A stretch of 64,000 nt of DNA. Origin: Macrostomum lignano. Taxonomy: Eukaryota. Below, piece after piece: positions 11,641 to 33,498 of this stretch (its first letter is position 1; each line of letters begins with the position of its first letter). Where the stretch lies: the NCBI GenBank assembly GCA_002269645.1, contig NIVC01000578.1, positions 138,549 through 202,548 of the forward strand. The letters are read 5' to 3'. Below the pieces are notes generated by a model. That model did not search any database and was not told the origin of the DNA. It was given only the letters and a program-made list of their open reading frames with translations. The position numbers were made by a program, and so were the translations under genes.

Positions 11641-13344
11641 ACTTTATGGTTTACATGTACATTCAATGTACATAGTAAATTTTTAACTCGAATTAGTATT
11701 TCCGTTCTGTTCGAGCCCTCTGCGCCATATGAGCCACAAGCTACGGTTTGCATAAAGCCTTTATAAATGCTTTAGGACTTTAGCACTACATGCAACTGTC
11801 AGAGTCAATATTTATCTGCACTATTCTCAACTACAACTAGCAACAATACGCGCTTATACTACTGAAAAACTACTTATTTAGCCTGCTCTCGTATTTCTCT
11901 TAAAACAGATTAGTAACTTACCAACTCGAATTATTGTCGGCTATTTTATTCATTAAGTTGGTACCCATCCGAGTTATTAAAATACACTGTAGACTGCAGC
12001 TTCTAAAATGGCTTTCACCTTTATTGTTTGATTTTTGCCGATTCAGTCTGCACTACTGCCAGTAGCAAAATGTGGAAGGGTGGAGAAAAAATCAGAAATC
12101 TGGATCTGGAATATTTCAGACCATAAGTTGCTCATTCAAACAAATATTTATCAATAGAATCGAAACAGTTGGTCCGCATCCACATATTTCATGTGAATAT
12201 GAATTTGCGCAGCTCATATTTATTGTATTAATATATTAATATTCACAGTCTAATAAAAGTTGCAGTGCTTTTAAATACAGCGAGAAGCAGATCACTAGCA
12301 GGTGCACAGACAGCAATATTCAACAAATCAACATTCAACAAGCACAAGGTAAGCAGAGCTAGCTCAAAAAGCGATGAAGGAAAAAGCGATTTAGAATTCT
12401 TTTCACAGCCTCCCCAGAGGTTGCAAAACTCCACTTTGAGCAGGAAGTGCGCGGGCCTGAAGCCGCGCGCACTGCTGGGGTGGCGGCCCCGGGTGCTCTG
12501 AGGTCAGCGCGGCCGCAGCTGTGCCCCCCCCCCGTATTTGGACAGCGGCTCCTGCCCCCCCCCCCCCCGGCTGAGTCATCAGCTCAGCTGCAGTCCGCTC
12601 CCCCCAGCTGCAGATTGGCTGTCCCGGACCCACCCTACAGCCCGCCCGTATATTCACTAAAGACAATAAAAGTACACTGAGACTACAGGCGGTAAATCTA
12701 AGCATATAGAATTATAAATATATATAGCTAATTGAAAACTTGCAGAGCTGTACAGAAGCTATTGCAGAGCTGCTCAATCTGTCTAGCAGGTAAAAACACA
12801 TAGGAGGATGTCTTGCTAAATAAATGAAATTTTCATGCTGAAGCGAAAAGGGATGAAAATCCCTCAGCTAGAAATCAAAACTCAGTTAATCAGCCGAAAG
12901 CTCAGAACTGTACATGAGGTGAGAGAGCGCAAGAAGCCGCAGCCTTCTTGTCCGAAACTGAAAAATCATTTGAAAATCTTGCTGGAATGCGCAGTCAGGG
13001 AATGCCAGACGGTGAGACAACATTGATAAAAGTACAGGTAGCGCACAGCAGGTGCACAAAATCACAGCAGTCAGTCCGGAATGGAAACGCAAAATATTGT
13101 TGGATTCTAAAGCCGCATAAATAATAAAAATGTAAGCAAGCCTTGAGAGTAGAAATTAAAATTTAGTAAACAATAAGTTTAAAAAGTCACAGCACGTGTG
13201 TGCGAAGTTCGCGTAACACAGACAAGCAAAAGTGCATCGTAATACTTGATAATGAACTCTCCGAGTAGGTTTCTGGTATGACCTCAGTTTTAATTCGCAT
13301 ATTACAAACAATGTATCACAAACTCAACAGTAATCAAATTATGG

Positions 13345-13630
13345 CGTCATGACCTCAGTCATAAGCATAGCTCACTCATTACCTAGTCATGACCTCAGTC
13401 ATAAGCATAGCTCACTCATTACCTAGTCATGACCTCAGTCATAACCATAGCTCACTCATTACCTAGTCATGACCTCAGTCATAAGCATTGCTCACTCATT
13501 ACCTAGTCATGACCTCAGTCATAAGCATTGCTCACTCATTACCTAGTCATGACCTCAGTCATAAGCATTGCTCACTCATAATCTAGTCATGACCTCAGTC
13601 ATAACCATAGCTCACTCATTACCTAGTCAT
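13345..13630. repeat. 40 bp minisatellite (ATGACCTCAGTCATAAGCATAGCTCACTCATTACCTAGTC)
   Basis: About 7 copies downstream of the hillarin-like stop codon. Confidence 0.95.
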
Positions 13631-13775
13631 AATAAACATAACCCACTCATAGCCATAACCTTAGTCATGACCTCAATCTAGGTTACTGGCGGGGTCATGA
13701 GCAGTCATGAGCAGTAATGAGCAGTCATGAGCAGTCATGAGCACACCCAGAACTCGCCCCCCCAAGAGTCGGCCG

Positions 13776-22476
<8,701 letters not shown>

Positions 22477-23821
22477 TGGCTTTTCTAGGCTTTAGTATGC
22501 AGTGCAGAGTTCAAGACTGACTTGGCTGTAGCCAGCAAGGTTTTATGGATCATGTGAGAACTATTGAATTTACTAATTTTATATTTCAAAACTAATATAC
22601 AGTAATAAAAAATTTAGTATATAGGAAGAAACAATAGCAAGGAAATAATATGACAAAAATATTAGCCATCCTGGTTTTCAATTGAAATCTTGAATTTAGA
22701 TCAAAGAGGCCAAATGGGACTATGATTTTGATACCTAAAATCTAAAGCCTAAATAAACCATTAACAATTTTTTTTACTGTAAACAATATGATAAGTATGA
22801 TTTTTATGAGTATATAATATAATGTATTTAAGTTTTTAGAAAGTCATTGTAGCACACTTTTTTTCACACTAACTAAAACAAAACTGCTGCTGAAACCCAA
22901 TTTTAGATTTTTTATAAGTTAGTTATTATATTGTAGGTTAGAATTTTTATATATATTTTCATTTTTATAAGTAGAGATATATACAAAATATATTTCAACT
23001 GATATATTAAAATCTCAAGATGTTAGTCAGCCATTAGGATTCTGATAAAAAAGATCACAGATCAATGAATCACTTTTTCATCCATAATAAATTTCTAATG
23101 GTCTTATAAAAACTGAACTTTGAAGCATGATTGCTTCAACAAACATTAGAGTTTGATATCAATGTCATCAAAACTAGAAAAAGCAAGCAATAAGCCAATA
23201 AATTATAAAAAGAAGCTTTAGATTTTTTTAATAAACTGTTCTGTGGATACGAAAGTAAATATAAGTTATGTTGGCACTTGGTAGTTAAAATATTAGTCGG
23301 ATATAAGTCTAATGAGTAACAGTATTACAACTAAGAGTTACAGTACAAGATTTAGCTCAATATCCTGGAAATATCCGGAAAACAGGAAAAATTAAATTTT
23401 ACTTCCATTATATTAGCACCTGTAGTTGTTGGATATTCTTTTTTCTTAGACAAAGATAAAAATGATTTTACTATGCAATTTCAGCCTAGTTAATAAATTT
23501 TAGGTTTAATAACACCTAAATACAGTATTATTTGATATACTAAACTCATCTTTATAGCTTTAGAATACTTTCTATTAGAAAATAGACGTAGACAGTTATA
23601 TAAAAAATAATTAGAGGGTACAGCTTTTTATATTGCAGAAAATTAGATATTTATAAATATTTGAGGTTAAAATATTGTTTTATCGTTTTAACAGCACGCG
23701 TTGTTTTAAGTTTCTAGAAAATCATTTGTTTCGCATTGAGTTATCGCGAGTCTGACTGCATGTTAAGAAGAGGTCATATGTTTTTTTAAGTTTCATACAG
23801 ACTCAAACCACAATATCAATT

Positions 23822-26800
23822 ATGCTTGCTCAATACCTTTTGACCTGCTTCTTAATTTTTTCGCTTGGGTTAATTGCGGCTGAACCTGTAAGTTAAGAAG
23901 TTAGAAGTTTGTACCTCAGCTATGAATAAAAACCTGTCCAGAGTATAATAACTATGGATGAGCTGCTAGTCAGTTGCATTTGTATTTCAGTAAAGAAGCC
24001 AACCATAAATATTAAGTTTAAATCTTCTATATTGATCACAATGATTGTTTTAGTATCAGCATCAGCATTGGATAGTGTCTAATACACAGAAAATCTAATG
24101 TATATAATGCAAGTTCTTAATTTTATAAATTTATTAATTTTGAAATTAATTGTGTTATCAATATTTTTTCATTTTTAATCCTATTATTATTTTTATTATA
24201 AAAGAATTCTATATTATACTTGTTTTTTGTTTTTTCTAAATTAGCTAATTAGTTTTTTTAAATAATATTTTCTTAACTTTTGAATTTGACATAATTTTTG
24301 TCAAATGTCACTATTATATATAATATTCAACGAGCATTTCTTATATAATCAAACATATGGTTAACTAGGCAATAAAACTGAATTTTATTATTAGTATACA
24401 TTTAAATAGAATATTGAATATAAAAATTTTAACTAAGAACTAGAAATGCAATGTTTTTAAAATTAAAATCTAAAGTATAGGTTTCATAGTCCAGATCATG
24501 ACAAGTGTATGCCAGAATCAAAATTAGTTTTTTTTCAATTTTATACCAACAGAAAATTTAAAAAAAAGTTATGCTAAGTCCTAAATTGTTTATACGCTAC
24601 TTTTTAATGAATATATATTTTTAGAAATTCAAAACTTTTACTAAACTTTAAAATGGCTGTTTTTTGTTAAAAATAGATATTCTTTGTTATAATTTTGATT
24701 TTCTTGTGATTGCTTTAATATTTTCTATTTTAGTTTCCAGTTATTTTTAAAGAGCTTTTGATGTTGGTTGATATTTAACTATACAATTACATTAGCCTTG
24801 AACTTGTCTATTTTTTGTACACCAACTGTGTATACTTCATGTTGAGCCTAAAAATTCTATATGCCAAGATTGTCAGCAAGAGCAAAAATATGCCAAAATT
24901 TCTGGCATAAAGGCCTTCTAGACTATGGTATAGGTTTCTGTTGTTGGTATCTAAAGTAACTAATAGTAAAAAAATAGTAACTAATTCAGGTTTAGTTAAA
25001 AAGAGATTCAAATTGTATATTGTATTTACTAATTTAATTTGCATATATCTATGTACTTAACTTTGTTTTAAAATGATTTCTAAGTATAATAAAAATAGCT
25101 ATATACAAACTTTAATAAGTCTGAGGGAGATATATATCAAAATGCTATAGTAAGGCATTAGTAAATGCTTCTTCAAATGTGTTAAGCTTCCTTTTAGCTC
25201 ATTTTATCATTGTTATCTAACTTTATCTAATACCTGTTTATTTTTGTCTAATTTACAAATGTATTTCAATTTAACTTTTAGGTTGGCCTAGGCTCAGTCA
25301 CATTAGTTAATGACCTGAAGGAACTGAAACGAATTGTAAAGTCGCATAACAATGTTCTATTGGTCTTCCAGAAGAAAAGTAAGATATAACTATCGTGATC
25401 CTTATTGATTTGTAAAATCATCTAAATGATTGTGCTATCTGAATATTTTTAGAGAACTCTGCATCCGACTGGAACCAGATTCTCACTGAAGTCTCCAACC
25501 AAATGATTGGCCAGGCCAGCATTGTTAAAGTGGATTGCAGGTGCGCCAATAATGCTATTTTTATAATTGAAAATGACAGAAATCTATATGGCTTTAGCCT
25601 AGTGACCCATGCTCGATTCCAAGTGAAGTCACATTAACTTGATGCTAAATTGGAATCTCAGCTTGGGTCTGCGCGTCCAATTTTGGCCCTCATGGGCCAA
25701 CCAAGCGAATATGCCTTGAAGCAGTCGCCAACTTCATCCTCAACTCTTTCAGCGCAGAGAAGAAGGCCTGCAAATACTTCAAGGCATCGCCCAGCCCTGT
25801 GCAAATCCAGCACTACAAGTGAGCTCTCAGCTATAGACTGCCTTTTGATTCAGAATAATTGCAGAACCCTGATAAATTTTCATTTATTTATTTAGGGACG
25901 GCAAGTTCAACGTGAATTACGATCGCAAAAAATCTGTCAAGGTGAGCTGAGGCCTCAATTTTAGCAATTAATTATGTTTCCTAATTATAACTTAAGCCTC
26001 ATTTTATTAATAATTTCAGTCTCTACGATCCTTCCTGGAAGATCCCACCGGAGATGTTCCCTGGGATGAGGAGCCCACAGCTGAGACCGTTACCCACCTG
26101 GCTAATCAAGCCGTGAGTAGCTGTTCACGTGGCCTGTCTCATGCAGTTTGTTCACGTGGACAGGAGGCAGAGTAGCTGTTCACCTGGGCTGTCTCATGCA
26201 GAGTTTGTTCACGTGAGCAGGAGGCAGAGTAGCTGTTCACCTGGCCTGTCTCATGCAGAGTTTGTTCACGTGGACAGGAGGCAGAGTAGCTGTTCACCTG
26301 GCCTGTCTCATGCAGAGTTTGTTCACGTGGACAGGAGGCAGAGTAGCTGTTCACCTGGCCTGTCTCATGCAGTTTGTTCACGTGGACAGGAGGCAGAGTA
26401 GCTGTTCACCTGGCCTGTCTCATGCAGAGTTTGTTCACGTGGACAGGAGGCAGAGTAGCTGTTCACCTGGCCTGTCTCATGCAGAGTTTGTTCACGTGGA
26501 CAGGAGGCAGAGTAGCTGTTCACCTGGCCTGTCTCATGCAGTTTGTTCACGTGGACAGGAGGCAGAGTAGCTGTTCACCTGGCCTGTCTCATGCAGAGTT
26601 TGTTCACGTGGACAGGAGGCAGAGTAGCTGTTCACCTGGCCTGTCTCATGCAGTTTGTTCACGTGGACAGGAGGCAGAGTAGCTGTTCACCTGGCCTGTC
26701 TCATGCAGAGTTTGTTCACGTGGACAGGAGGCAGAGTAGCTGTTCACCTGGCCTGTCTCATGCAGAGTTTGTTCACGTGGACAGGAGGCAGAGTAGCTGT

Positions 26801-29800
26801 TCACCTGGCCTGTCTCATGCAGAGTTTGTTCACGTGGACAGGAGGCAGAGTAGCTGTTCACCTGGCCTGTCTCATGCAGAGTTTGTTCACGTGGACAGGA
26901 GGCAGAGTAGCTGTTCACCTGGCCTGTCTCATGCAGAGTTTGTTCACGTGGACAGGAGGCAGAGTAGCTGTTCACCTGGCCTGTCTCATGCAGAGTTTGT
27001 TCACGTGAGCAGGAGGCAGAGTAGCTGTTCACCTGGCCTGTCTCATGCAGAGTTTGTTCACGTGGACACTTTAGGGGTTGAAGCCCAGTGGTTAGAGCGT
27101 TGGACTCACGACTGGAAGGTTGGGAGTTCGATTCCCGACCCACTCGGAACAATTTGCGTCCTTGAGCAAGACACTTAACTCTGCATTGCTTCAGTTCACC
27201 CAGCTGTAAAATGGGTGCCAGCATTAGCTGGGGTAATTGAGGGTGTGTGGCAACCCCCCCCCCCCCCAGTCCTTGGACTGAACAGGCGTACGTCGCAGCT
27301 TTCAGATGCGCCCCCCCCCCCAATAGCTGCGGCTGAGCTGTCGGTTGTACATCTGGCCATTAGAGCAGGTGTAATCAATTATTATTATTATATTATCACG
27401 TGAACACAATGCAGGGTGCCGTATGCTTTCTTGATAGGAAAATCTAATTAGCTAAAAGCTTGAAGAAGTGTTTGAAGTTGCTTCTTTGCGCATTTTACAG
27501 GAAATGATGCAGCTGTTCAAGCGGACCCGCGTGCCGGTGCTGCTGATGTTCTACGCTCCCTGTAAGTGCGCAGCTTCTGGGCTGATTGGTTTGCGATTGT
27601 GATTGACAGGTCCTGCCGGATTTCAGTGCATTCCCCCGCTTCGCCTCCGCAGGGTGCGGCCACTGCAAGCGGCTCAAGCCCGAGTACGCCAGCGCGGCTG
27701 CCGAGACTAAGGACACTGTGAGCTGGAGCTGGACTTGCCCCAGCTTGACGTTCGAAATGCATTCCCTGGATGCTACCATAAGATTCCCAAAAATTCCTCC
27801 TCAAAAATTTTCCTAATGTTGAATTTCTCTCGTGTTGAATTTCCTTAGTAGAAGATTCCCTACCCAGAATGAAATCCCCTAGGATTCACCTAGGAATTTC
27901 CCCTAGATTTTCCCCTGGGATTCCCTAGTCAGAAAGAATTCCCATTGGGATTCCCCAGTCAGAATGAATTCCCTTGGGATCCCCCCTTGAGAATGAATTC
28001 CCTTGGGATCCCCCCTTGAGAATGAATTCCATTGGGATTCCCCTCTGAGAATGAATTCCCTTGGGATTCCTCTCTGAGAATGAATTCCCTTGGGATTCCC
28101 CTCTGAGAATGAATTCCCTTGGGATTCCCCTCTGAGAATGAATTCCCTTGAGATTCCCCTCTGAGAATGAATTCCCTTGGGATTCACCTCTGAGAATGAA
28201 TTCCCTTGGGATTCCCCTCTGAGAATGAATTCCCTTGGGATTCCCCTCTGAGAGTGAATTCCCTTGGGATTCCCCTCTGAGAATGAATTCCCTTGAGATT
28301 CCCCTCTGAGAATGAATTCCCTTGGGATTCACCTCTGAGAATGAATTCCCTTGGGATTCCCCTCTGAGAATGAATTCCCTTGGGATTCCCCTCTGAGAGT
28401 GAATTCCCTTGGGATTCCCCTCTGAGAATGAATTTTCTTGGTATTCCCCACTCAAGAGAAATTCCTCTAAATCTTTCTACCTTGTATGAACTTCTCTAAA
28501 TAAATTCCCTATCTAGAAGGAATTCCCCTAGAGTTGATTCGCCACTAAGAAAGAATGGCATAGGAAATTCTCCACTGATAAGGAATTCCCTAACCTGAGC
28601 TCATCACCTGTAGAAATCCTAACCAAATGTCCGACACGGCCGAACCGCACTGGCAGGTCCTGGCCGCCATGGACGTGGACAGGGAGGAGAACGCCGGCAT
28701 TCGCCAGGCCTTCAACATCACCGGCTACCCCACGATTATCTACATTAAGTGAGACTGTTGCATCTATAAACATCATTTCTACTATTGACTTCAATTCTGT
28801 GCTAAACTGCTGCTTCGCTTCCAGAGGCAACGAGCCCATTCCCTATGGCGGCACTTTCACCAAAGACGGAATTTTGAGCTGGCTGAAAAAGTAATTCATT
28901 ACTGCTTGTTATTACACTACTCTCGGCAGTAGCAAGTAGGGTTTATTATCGGTCTGAACATTTTTTGTCGCCCCTAAAAACCCGCCGCCAGCCCCACGCC
29001 GCCGAAAGCGCCGGAGCCTGAGAAGGACTGGGCGGAGGAGGCTCCCGACGTGAAGTTTCTCACCGATAATAACTTTGTGACCAGCCTGGCCCAGCAGAGC
29101 TCGGCTCTCGTCATGTTTTATGCGCCCTGTGAGTAGTCTGAGCGATCTCTGGATGGGGACTCGCCCGTTCTTTGCACAACTCAATTTTCTTTTTTTGAGA
29201 TCCCAATCCTATTTTCCAATCACAAAATCCCCCACCGTCCCATCCCAAAATCCCGTCTTTTCCCATCTCCGAAGCTCCAATTTTCTCATCCCTAAATCAT
29301 CTGTTCTGTTTTCCCATCCCAGAATCTCCCTTTTTCTCACACTCAAATCTCATATTTTCTAATCCCAAATCTTTTATTTTCCCATTCCCAAATCTCATTT
29401 TCTCATTTCTAAATGCAGTTTTTTTCAATCCCTAAGCCCCCATTTTCCCATCCCCAAATCCCCTATTTTCCCTTCCCCAAATCATTCGATTTCCCATGTG
29501 CAGATCTCCTTTAAAAAAATTCATTATTCTCTTCTTTTCCCATCCCCGAATATTATTTTCACATCTCGAAATCCCCTATTTCCCCATTCGAAATCCCCTA
29601 TTTTCCCATAGCCAATCAGCTCCTTTCCCACTCCCAGTTCTCCATTCTCCAATCGCTTAAACCGCCGCCTCCCGCAGGGTGCGGCCACTGCAAGGCGATG
29701 AAGCCGGCCTATCAGGCGGCGGCTCAGCAGCTGAAGCAGCTGGGCATCCCCGGCCTGCTGGCCGCTGTGGACGCCACCAAATATCGAAAAACTGCCGAAC

Positions 29801-32800
29801 AGTTCAAGGTCACGGGATTTCCTTCCGGTGAGACGACTCAAAATTTAATTACCTATAATAAGGCGTTTCTAATTAGGTCAGGGAATTACCTGTGCATTTG
29901 GTGCTTTGTTTCTGACTTTGAAAATTTCAACTAATTGTGCTTTGAATATCCCACAGCTGAGAATCCCCCAAGTATCCCACAGCTGAGAATCCCCCAAGTA
30001 TCCCACAGCTGAGATTCCCCTAAGTATCCCACAGCTGAGAATCCCCCAAGTATCCCACAGCTGAGAATCCCCCAAGTATCCCACAGCTGAGAATCCCCCA
30101 AATATCCCACAGCTGAGACTCCCCCAAATATCCCACAGAGAATCCCGAATATCCCACAGCTGAGAATCCCGAATACCCCACAGAGAATCCCGAATATCCC
30201 ACAGCTGAGAATCCCTCGAATATCCCACGGAGAATCCCGAATATCCCACAGCTGAGAATCCCGAATATCCCACAGCTGAGAATCCCCCAAATATCCTACA
30301 GCTGAGAATCCCGAATATCCCACAGCTGAGAATCCCGAATATCCCACAGCTGAGAATCCCGAATATCCCACAGCTGAGACTCCCCCAAATATCCCACAGA
30401 GAATCCCGAATATCCCACAGCTGAGAATCCCTCGAATATCCCACGGAGAATCCCGAATATCCCACAGCTGAGAATCCCGAATATCTCACAGAGAATCCCG
30501 AATATCTCACAGAGAATCCCGAATATCCCACAGCTGGGAATCCCGAATATCCCACAGAGAATCCCGAATATCCCACAGCTGGGAATCCTGAATATCCCAC
30601 AGCTGAGAATCCCGAATATCCCACAGCTGAGAATCCCAAATACCCACAGCTGAGAATCCCCCAAATATCCCACAGCTGAGAATCCCGAATATCCCACAGC
30701 TGAGAATCCCGAATATCCCACAGCTGAGAATCCCGAATATCCCACAGCTGAGAATCCCGAATATCCCACAGCTGAGAATCCCGAATATCCCACAGCTGAG
30801 AATCCCGAATATCCCACAGCTGAGAATCCCGAATATCCCACAGCTGAGAATCCCGAATATCCCACAGCTGAGAATCCCGAATATCCCACAGCTGAGAATC
30901 CCGAATATCCCACAGCTGAGAATCCCGAATATCCCACAGCTGAGAATCCCGAATATCCCACAGCTGAGAATCCCGAATATCCCACAGCTGAGAATCCCGA
31001 ATATCCCACAGCTGAGAATCCCGAATATCCCACAGCTGAGAATCCCAAATACCCACAGCTGAGAATCCCCCAAATATCCCACAGCTGAGAATCCCGAATA
31101 TCCCACAGCTGAGAATCCCCCAAATATCCCACAGCTGAGAATCCCCCAAATATCCCACAGCTGAGAATCCCGAATATCCCACAGCTGAGAATCCCGAATA
31201 TCCCACAGCTGAGAATCCCGAATATCCCACAGCTGAGAATCCCGAATATCCCACAGCTGAGAATCCCGAATCCAGCCTGGGTTTTCCTGTCCATGCCGAA
31301 TGCTCCGATCTGTCTCAATATCTGCAGTGCTTTGCCAGTCTTCTCTGCAAAAAAGACGATGAATTTAACAGACTAAATTTCTGTTTTTCGTTTCAGTGAA
31401 ATATTTCCAGTGAGTTGCTCCGCATTGTTGTCAGTAGTATCGTAGCAGTAGTTTACTTGTTGCTCCCAATATTCTCTAATATCGCACCGCACGCTTAAAT
31501 TTGCATTAAACAATACTACTTACTAAGACCGCATTGCTAGTAGTTCAATATGCATGCGTTTAAACAATTTTATTTTGCTTTATGTTTTTGTTTGGTCCTA
31601 GTATTATTTTTAGTGCATAACCTTGTGAATGTTAATTTATGTTAATGTCCAGTAAGTGTCCATATGTGTAAACCAAAATGTGTCAGGTTGACATGATTGA
31701 CAGCAGCTCACAGGTGAGCTCAACTGACTGAGGTGATTATGATTGACAGCTCACAGGTGAGCTCAACTGCAGAATACTTTTAAGCATGGTTTAACCCCTG
31801 TTACTTTACAACCAGTACTCGTCAGTGAACTCACACCTGCTGAGTGTGATAATTAACGCGGATTACAGTCAACATGCCACTCACTGACGTCAATCGCATT
31901 TCCAGAAATGCCGAGTACAAATTTGACTTCAACGAGCGGGCCGAAGACAAAATCGTTGAGTTCATGAAAGAGTGAGTTGAGAGTAGAGATGCTGAGTCCC
32001 CTTTTCAAAGTGATTGTCAACCCGCCTCATCAGCCAGAATCCTTCATCTTCCAACCCCTCCAGCCCCAAGGAACCGCCGCCGCCGCCAGTCGAGGTGCCA
32101 TGGTCCGAGGAGCCCAGCGAGGTGCACCACCTGGCCCACGGCAACTTTGCCGACTTTCTCAAGAAGAAGCGCCGCACTCTGGTGATGTTCTATGCGCCCT
32201 GTGAGTTCGATGCGAATTGTGCTCAACTGACCTTGGTTAACTGTTCCCTGTTCCTATGGGAAAGCTGCATTCTTCTGGTCTTTCGCTTATCCGTCTCTTC
32301 ATTCCTTCATCCGCTTCTTCACCTGTTCCTCCGCCCCTTCTCCTGTTTATCCCCTGCTTCACCTGTTCCTCCGCCCCTTCTCCTGTTTACCCGCTGCTTC
32401 ACCTGTTCCTCCGCCCCTTCTCCTGTTTATCCGCTGCTTCACCTGTTCCTCCGCCCCTTCTCCTGTTTACCCGCTGCTTCACCTGTTCCTCCGCCCCTTC
32501 TCCTGTTTATCCGCTGCTTCACCTGTTCATCCGCCCCTTCTCCTGTTACCCGCTGCTTCACCTGTTCCTCCGCCCCTTCTCCTGTTTATCCGCTGCTTCA
32601 CCTGTTCATCCGCCCCTTCTCCTGTTACCCGCTGCTTCACCTGTTCCTCCGCCCCTTCTCCTGTTTATCCGCTGCTTCACCTGTTCATCCGCCCCTTCTC
32701 CTGTTACCCGCTGCTTCACCTGTTCCTCCGCCCCTTCTCCTGTTTATCCGCTGCTTCACCTGTTCATCCGCCCCTTCTCCTGTTACCCGCTGCTTCACCT

Positions 32801-33498
32801 GTTCCTCCGCCCCTTCTCCTTTTTATCCGCCCCTTCTCCTGTTTACCCGCTGCTTCACCTGTTCATCCGCCCCTTCTCCTGTTTATCCGCTGCTTCACCT
32901 GTTCCTCGCCCCCTTCTCCTGTTTATCCGCTGCTTCACCTGTTCCTCGGCCCCTTCTCCTGTTTATCCACCCTTCTGTTTATCCGCCCCTTCTCCTTTTC
33001 ATCCGCCCCTTCTTTTCATCCGCCCCTTCTCCTGTTTATCCGCCCCTTCTCCTTTTCATCCGCCCCTTTTTTTCATCCGCCCCTTCTCCTGTTTATCCGC
33101 CCCTTCTCCTATTCATCCGCCCCTTCTGGTTATCCGCCCCTTCTCCTCCTTATCCGCCCCTTTTCCCGTTCATCCGTCCCTTTCGCCCTTTCGCCATTGA
33201 GCCTCCCAGTCCATCTCCGCCGCTCCGCCCCGCCGCAGGGTGCGGCCACTGCAAGCGGGCCAAGCCGGAGTTCACCAAGGCGGCAGCCGAGCTGGCGGCC
33301 TCCGCGCCCAAGACGGCGCTGGCGGCGGTGGACTGCACCAGCGGGGAGAACTCGGCGCTGTGCCAGGCGGAGGGCGTAAGCGGCTACCCCACCATCAAGC
33401 ACTATTACTTCGGCAAGCGGGCCACCGACTATGCTGGCGGCAGGGAGGCGGCCGAGTTCGTCAAGTACATGACCAGCGAGGACAAAGTGGAGCTGTGA
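23822..33498 (+). CDS. PDIA5: Protein disulfide-isomerase A5 (PDIR) orthologue, 16 exons, 500 aa
   Basis: Phase-consistent exons: 23822-23887 (signal peptide MLAQYLLTCFLIFSLGLIAAEP), 25282-25378, 25453-25540, 25753-25818, 25896-25941, 26020-26112, 27501-27561, 27653-27717, 28657-28748, 28825-28890, 28992-29128, 29678-29827, 31397-31409, 31906-31971, 32064-32200, 33239-33498; total 1503 nt. N-terminal non-catalytic domain (DLKELKRIVKSHNNVLL, HYKDGKFNVNYDR, FLEDPTGDVPWDEEP), three WCGHC thioredoxin domains and C-terminal KVEL give the b-a-a-a layout of PDIA5. Confidence 0.93.
26115..27068. repeat. 57 bp (55 bp variant) intronic minisatellite
   Basis: About 17 copies of GTGGACAGGAGGCAGAGTAGCTGTTCACCTGGCCTGTCTCATGCAGAGTTTGTTCAC, beginning at the exon-6 donor. 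Confidence 0.97.
27074..27396 (+). mobile_element. tRNA-derived SINE with a CORE-like central domain and (TTA)n tail
   Basis: A box AGCCCAGTGGTTAGAGCG; B box GGGAGTTCGATTCCC; CORE-like GTCCTTGAGCAAGACACTTAACTC...CCCAGCTGTAAAATGGGT; ATTATTATTATATTAT tail; imperfect flanking repeat TCACGTGGACAC / TCACGTGAACAC. Confidence 0.85.
27930..28440. repeat. 29 bp intronic minisatellite (GAATGAATTCCCTTGGGATTCCCCTCTGA)
   Basis: About 17 copies. Confidence 0.95.
29945..31270. repeat. 24 bp intronic minisatellite (CCCACAGCTGAGAATCCCGAATAT) with 21-26 bp variants
   Basis: About 55 copies in intron 12 of PDIA5. Confidence 0.97.
32310..33190. repeat. ~40 bp pyrimidine-rich intronic minisatellite (CCGCTGCTTCACCTGTTCCTCCGCCCCTTCTCCTGTTTAT)
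   Basis: About 22 copies, decaying toward the acceptor at 33238. Confidence 0.93.

Noticed and set aside
12440-12660. GC-rich patch with TGAGTCA, CCAAT and GC-box-like motifs as a promoter
   Set aside because: Short motifs occur by chance, and no linked start site or ORF supports it.
24808-25044. 78-aa hydrophobic minus-strand ORF in the AT-rich region
   Set aside because: It lies antisense within PDIA5 intron 1; its composition reflects AT richness and it has no motif.
26074-26086. 13-mer CCCACAGCTGAGA shared by PDIA5 exon 6 and the core of the intron-12 satellite
   Set aside because: A single short match with no flanking similarity; chance cannot be excluded.
27074-27145. Functional tRNA gene
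   Set aside because: A and B boxes are present, but there is no convincing acceptor stem or terminator, and it continues into CORE-like and tail sequence, so it is a SINE head.
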